From positions 6,088,286 through 6,152,285 of the forward strand of contig NW_002060947.1 of assembly GCF_000150275.1 (NCBI RefSeq): DNA of 64,000 nucleotides, in the 5' to 3' direction. Position numbers and translations under genes: made by a program. The notes beneath the pieces were generated by a model. It was not told the origin of the DNA. It saw only the letters and a program-made list of their open reading frames with translations, and searched no databases. How positions within the stretch are numbered: position 1 is the stretch's first letter; each line of letters begins with the position of its first letter. This DNA comes from Trichoplax adhaerens (taxonomy: Eukaryota > Animalia > Placozoa). Shown here piece after piece: positions 57,201 to 64,000 of this stretch.

Positions 57201-60200
57201 ATAAAAATCAAATTACTATATTGTCTAGAATCATACCGTAGCGCTTACTCTTCAAGAAAATTATTGCAATACATTTCTTACAAATTTATACCAATTCCTA
57301 AAATGTCATTATGACGGCCTCGTTATATCTATCCTCTATTAAACTTAGCTATTTCAGTGAAAATTTACGGCTACTTTTTTTAACAGTTGTTATCAAAGCT
57401 ACAAATGATGTTAGTATTCGGTGATTTCAATAACTCTTTGCCGTCCGATACATATAGCATCATTTCGTTTATAGACTTTAAAAATTGGAATTTCTATCGC
57501 TGATGATACTGCGTGCTCTTTGTTTAGCTATATTACTCATATACGTTACAATACACTACCTTTTATATAGTAATATAGTAGCAAGACAATTGCTACATAT
57601 GTACACATTTTTGAATTGCATGACATCTGTGAATTGCTTTATACTAAAAGCGCCAAGCGAACAAATTAGGTCTTTCGTTTACACCTAGTGCATTACTTGT
57701 ACTAAATATGATAATAAAAAAGAAAGTAACGTCCTTTGCTTCCTATGTAAGCTCACTAAGGAAAAGCAATCTCTGCAAACTCAACTGGAAAAAGCAAATT
57801 CGGCTAAAGTAAAGCTGGAAAATTTATGCCGAGAACTACAGCGTCACAATAAAGCAATAAAGGTAAGCAAAATAATACACTCGTACTAGGTTTTAATTCC
57901 TCAAGTATAGTATAAAAATCCAGTTTGCTATGACTTTCCTGAGAAGCAATTTTTCCTTTTACTGCGTTAGTTCGTAGTGAATATTTGTTCTTATACGGTA
58001 TGGATAAATAAATGTGTTGCCATACAGCTATTATTGACTACAAATCTGTCTAGGCTAAGCGGTAATATTCTACATGGGCCATTTATAGGAGCATATTTAG
58101 TGATTTATACGTTATAAAACTTTTATATATTGCTTTCATAGGAAGAGTATATGAATCGTATCAAAGAAGAAGAATCGAAACGTCAAGCAATAGCTACAAA
58201 ATTTCAGGTATTGTACACTATGTAAATGGTGCTAGAATAATACGTGCTACATTCTATCACATCAATGATAAAAGTTTGAGCAAAGTATTTATTACAAGCA
58301 TATTCTAACACCTTCAGCAAGTTCCTAGTAAACTATAATAGTAGCTTATAGCTTGATAATGCATATTTTTGACGCCAGAATCAGCTCTGCTGAAATAACA
58401 TCAATAAAGTTGCAACCGTGTTAATGTTATTCTTTGAAAATGAAAATATATCGTCTAAGTAATTATAATGCTATACAGTGATGAGCTAACAACGTACTAC
58501 TATGCAGTTACTGTATAAGCACATTTAACCGTGCAGTTAATGTAGGAATTTATGCAATTCAATTAATATTGATAAGATATGAATTATAATATTAACTGAC
58601 TACCTGAATTATTTATGTTAAAGTACCCGAGTATAACTACTAAAGCAGTTAAACAACGTGGTAAAGCTTATACATGAAGGAAAATTTCAACAAATTTTTT
58701 AATATTCCACGTTTTAGTCTACAATTGACGACATAACAAATCAAATTCAGGAACAAAGCGAAAAAAATGTTGCTTTACAGGACCAAAATGCAGAGTAAGT
58801 AGACGTATTCAAAAAAATGCCAAAAAGTTCACATTTGCATTGAAATTAATGCATTTTTATCAAAGTATATTACTATGCGTATCACTCATTAACTGAAGCA
58901 ATTTATCAAAGATTGTGTAATAATAAGATTCGAGTTTCTACTTAGTGAAATTGATCAGTAGTAAATCGGCATATCGAATCACTAACTCTCTTTAAAAAAA
59001 AAACTACAAGCCATATACCGAATTGTCATTCTACTTTACTCCACTGTCTTCTAGATTAAGTAAGAAGTTAAAAGGATTGCTGGAGCAGTACGACGTAAGA
59101 GAAGAGGTAAATATGCTCTCAGAGTTAGAATAGAATTCTAATAATTTTCTCCAGTTTATTCATATCTTGAGAAAGTACTAAAAATTAATGTTGTATAATT
59201 AGCACGTGGAAAAATTATTTAAACAAAAACAACTTGAAGTTCAGCTCTATGAAGCTAAATTCAACCAAATTAATAAAATATTAACCGAAGAAAGAGCACG
59301 TTACGATAAAGCTAAAGAACTTGTAAGATTTTACATATTTAGAATCACAATTTGTATATTACGGCTAATAGATAGTACCAAAACTCTGATGACTTAGTAC
59401 AATGTAATGAAACTACATCAAGATATTAGCGTAAAAATAGTAAAATGGACTTTCCTCTATTTAAAACTCTTAGTTTATAGCTGAAAATAACGAACAAAAG
59501 AAAAAATGCGAATTATTAACTAAAAATGAAGCTGAGTTGAAGAAGCAGGTAGTACCCACAATAGAGTTATTACGTCGTTTCTGATTTATAAAATTAAGTA
59601 AATTAACATAAGGTATTATTTTTGTCAGCTTTTAGCGTACACCGATAAATTTCAAGACTTTCAAAAAACCATTGATAAAAGTAATGATATTTTCAATACC
59701 TTCAAGAAAGAAACGGAAAATGTAAGAAATGCAGTTCTGGCAAATATGTTTGATATACATGTGTTAATATCGTACAAAATGTTCAATTTCAATGGTATAA
59801 AATATCATAGGCTTCAAAAAGTATTAAAAGATTAGAAAAGGAGGTTATTGTATGGAAGACTAAATGGGAGAACACAAATCGTGCATTTTTAGAAATGACC
59901 GGGGAGGTTTGCGCTAGACTAAAAATATTTCTATATTTTTCTACCGATAAAGTAATGTGCTACGTTGCTAACGTTAATTTATTGCTATACTGAACTGTAT
60001 TGATAGAAATTAAAACAAGAAAAGGAACATGAAAATTTCAAAGCTAAATTTGATCGTTTAAAAAGCTTATGCCATGCTCTTCAAGAGGAAAGAAACCAAC
60101 TTCGACAAAAAGTAGCTGATTTTACCAAGGTCCGTACTCATGTCGCAAGACACGATTAAATTTAATGATCATTCTATTTTACATGATTAGCTGATCAGTT

Positions 60201-60466
60201 ACTTTATTTCTATACCCATATTTAAACAGAAAAAGGAAGTTAACACAAAATCTTTGGAAAAAGACAACAACGAAAGCGCCGAAATTGATGACGTCAACGA
60301 CAAAAATGAAAAACCAAGCCATGATGAAGTGCCAGATCTAGATAATGTAAACAGTAATGCTAGTACAACTGATAAAATAGATAATGAAGAAGTAAACGAT
60401 TGTGCTGCTACATTAACAGATCAAGCCAATGATGACCTTGTGGCATCATCCAATAAAAATTCTTAA
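54222..60466 (+). CDS. TXLN: Taxilin family coiled-coil protein, >=13 exons; N-terminal model incomplete (exon phase mismatch implies a missed exon)
   Basis: TPEEKL, AKVKLENLCRELQRHNKAIK (57752-57862), LSKKLKGLLEQYDVREE, YTDKFQDFQKTIDKSNDIFNTFKKE, IKRLEKEVIVWKTKWE, RLKSLCHALQEER, acidic tail. Confidence 0.9.
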
Positions 60467-60980
60467 TTAATTACTTAATGTAACATTAAAATTATCATGG
60501 AATTGCCAATACATTGTGCAGTACTGTAGATAGAGTGTAAATTTCGACATAACATGCCTGATCTCTTAGTTAGTGACAGCGTAAGTAAAAATAATTATGT
60601 AAAGTATATTATAGTCAAGGTAAGTTGCAAGCTTAGCAACAGCTGGCTATTGCTAAGCATTAGCTGCATGAAGTACAAGCGATAAATTATTAATTATAAA
60701 GACGTCTCTTCCGTATCTCGTGTTACCAGTTGGTAACTTTTTTACGTTCGATTGGCATAATGCCACTGAATGCATTTTATGTTAATGAAGAGGTAATTTT
60801 ATAATGGATAGCCATTCGCAAATTAATAAAATAACATCTTTTTAACCGTTTTATAAAAAATTTATTGAAGAGCAACAATACTATTTTTACAATTGATCAA
60901 GTCAGTACGTACAAATAGAACACTACGTTACTTCGTTTAAAAGAATGGCTTTGCTGATTTTTAATAAGTTAGGAGAGTGA

Positions 60981-63641
60981 TTACATATATATATTGTTTG
61001 CTGACAGCCTTAGACTTATTGCTTTCTTGTAGATGTCACGAAGTTCTTCCCATGATACCTAAATAAATACAACCAACTCAATTAAGACGTAATCATATGC
61101 TACACGTAGACGAGTATTATCAACATTAGTAGCTTCGCATGTGCATTTAAATAATAGCTATACACATTATAATACTTTGTAAAATAATGTAAAAATGATC
61201 ATTGACAAAATTGACTATTCCTAACTAGCGTCTTTGTCATTACGTTGTGATTCAACTTACATTGGTACTTTGCTGTAGCACAGACTTAGTTAAACAACTC
61301 CACAAGAGCTTCAAAGTTTGCATATCAACTGTGGATGATTCCGTATAGCAAATATACAAAACTGCAGCTTTCGCACTGATTTGGCATTCAGTTAGAACTG
61401 TTTCGAAATGGAAAGGCATGCGTTATGATTATATTGCTGTAGTAGAAGGAACATTTTATCCATATATAAATGCAATTACTTGAATCGCTTTCAATACAAC
61501 AACCATGAATAGCATTGATATTGTAGTGAAATGATACGTTATCATTAACATCTACTATAACCTAGCTTGGTTTGATTGCCTACGAATAAAGCATGTCTAG
61601 TTACAACTAGTCTATATGTCAATGAAAAGTTACCAGCAGCAGGAGCATCGCTAATTATATTGGGCTGTTCTAATGTTGTAATGTCGTCATTCTCCGTCCA
61701 AAAGGCGCTTTTTAATGTCCTTAAGAAAGGCAAAACAGTTGGTAGCATACTTTGATAGTTACATTGATGTAGCGATGTCATGAGAACCACTTTATCAGCA
61801 TCAAACGTCTGCATTAACTATAGAAAGATAGATAGTAGAGAAAGATGAATCAAATTGAAAAGTTGACCAGCGTTCTAGACTGCTAAATGGAATAGTGATG
61901 TGATTGACAGTCACTGAAGTAAAAATAATATTAACAAGGCTATGCCATACACTTTGTGCCCATTGAAAAGAATCTTGAGGTTTGTTGGAGCAAAAACATA
62001 TTAATATAGAGTTTTCATTGTCGATACCAATTACTGGATATCGATGACGTTGGCTAGTTTGACCATCCAAGGCGAAGTAGCCAATATTGTTCACTGTTCT
62101 ATTGCTTAGATAGCCTTGTAAAAGAATGGTTGAAGCTAGAGCGAATAAAATTCAGAAAATTAGAACGTATGTATTTGTTCATAGTAGATAGATAGTTCAT
62201 AGAACAATTATACTCATAGTATACCCGTATGGAATTGACTGTGCAAGCATTTATGCAGGTTCAGCTTAAGTTTAATAATGCAATTACTTCAACATGAACT
62301 ATGGCGAGTTCACAAATTGTTGTTCTAAAAAGACACGTCCTATGATTACAAACCTTAGCTAGTGAACTTACATACTAACTAGTCAAGGTCGATGGTAGTA
62401 GTTTTAAATCTTGCTATTTCTATTTTATTCCATGTACTGTATCATGTCTATGTCCAGTATATTACATAGTCATAAATATTGCGATTTCTAAAATGCAAGT
62501 CTGTACAATAAAGCATGCGATTCTTTTATGAGTATTATTATATGTAATTAAGCTCCTGTTTTATTACAGTAAACTTCGAGACCACTTTAGACAGTATGAA
62601 CAACCCAATATTGGTAGAATGTACAGTAATGTGCGAGTCGATTTCTTCTCTAATTCTTTCCCTTCTTTCTCTAATCTGGCATGATTTGGTATTTTGAAAG
62701 ATTAGTATAACGAGTAATCTACCGTCTCGTTTCTAGCAACTGTGCCTATGCCTACATATGGACGAAGGTATTCAAAAGTAAAGTAGATCATGATATGCAC
62801 TCTTATTTACAATTTAAAAAATAGTCAATTCAATCTAAATCTATTTACAACTATATTAAGCCAGAGTGTTACAGACTAGTCGATTAATGTTTTACTATAC
62901 TCGTCGATATGTAGTAAGATCAGTCAATGCTTATTGAATGTTCTCATCCTTAAAATACACGCGTACTATGCGTATGATTAAGGATTCGAAAATAATTATA
63001 TCATAGAACGTGACTGGGATTTCTTGCTCTAGTTTACATCATCACATCAATCCGTTCTTCTACCAAGGATTTTTTACATCATTCTCTCCAATGACACGAT
63101 AGACACTTGTATCAATGTTACGATGTAACCTAGCAGCAAGATTTATTTTGGAGGCAGCACTCCAGCAACGATATAAACATTGCAAGGCAAAATGACGAAA
63201 TGATGGAAAACATCTCCCTTGTCACAACCATGTCCATTGACACAGCGTCGAAACAGTTACCCATACCATGAAATAGGGGGGGTAGATTAAAAGAGTTTCT
63301 TCAGATAGATCGATTTAATCCAAGTAGAAACATTGACGATGAAAGCAGATCCATTTAATGATTCTCTGTAATCAATATTATGTCCTCTCCTTATTGGTCT
63401 ATGTCGAGTGTCCATCATGATTATTCAGCAAAAATCCATCTTGTATAGCCGTGTTGGACAACATCAACACCAACTTACCTGGATCGAAAGTGATGATTAT
63501 CTCTTTACAGTTCCATTTGGATGCTAGCTTTTCACCTTCATCCTGATCTGCTAAATGAAAGGTATATTTAGCATGTTGCAAGGCAGTTTCATCATCCTCC
63601 AAGTCGTCGAATGGACTACGAGCAAAGTAGTTAACAGCCAT
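60981..63641 (-). CDS. PSMG1: Proteasome assembly chaperone 1 (PAC1), ~5-6 exons
   Basis: PFLRTLKS...LEQPNIISDAPAA|VLTECQI...AVLYICYT and terminal NNIYM resemble PSMG1 (PFLRALKT...LEQPNIVHDLPAAVLSYCQV...SNIYT). Confidence 0.88.
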
Positions 63642-64000
63642 AGCGCTTTTCTCGATTGCAATGACGTAGTGGTTTTTGCAGTCCACTCTAGTCTGCAGTA
63701 CAGTACACAGCGTCCTGTCGGCTACCCTATAGTATAGACTGTAAGCCCATGACCCTGACGAAGTAGTCAACAACATCGACTCGATATTGCTGAAACATGG
63801 CGAAAAATTCCACTAGTTAGTATAAAACTATTTCAATCGTATTAAGTTGATTGCGCTAATATTCTCAGTACTGCTTATAAAGGATGGAAATGAACCCAGT
63901 CGAATGTATACTAAACAAACAGCTGTACAGCAGGCAATATCCAATTTCCAAATACTTGATATGGCCTTTCTACTCATTAAAATTATGCCCAGCCATCATT

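Overview
AT-rich, gene-dense eukaryotic DNA with many short GT-AG introns and a metazoan gene set. The style suggests a placozoan such as Trichoplax (inference only). I assembled gene models by hand from splice signals and remembered family motifs, so exon boundaries are approximate. In order: first exon of a secreted protein (-), a CLIC/DHAR-like GST-fold gene (-), PPIL6 (-) head-to-head with a solitary replication-dependent histone H3 (+) carrying a stem-loop, MSH2 (-) head-to-head with an intron-containing FANCF (+), ZMPSTE24 (+), ZC4H2 (-), an intronless membrane-anchored GH20 hexosaminidase-D-like gene (+), ARMC2 (-) head-to-head with CSTF2 (+), a taxilin (+) and PSMG1 (-). Several unrelated minisatellite arrays (units of about 93-250 bp) lie upstream of genes. 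The main oddities are: (1) a 10-copy array at 36.1-37.6 kb of a conserved ~110-nt block with variable AT-rich spacers, which carries splice signals and a hairpin/Sm-like layout and appears derived from an older adjacent repeat; (2) a CLIC protein with plant-DHAR-like signatures; (3) ACAGT/ACTGT pentamer arrays at promoters; (4) linkage of two radial-spoke-related genes. No tRNA, rRNA, CRISPR array or intact transposon was found, and no novel system is proven from sequence alone.
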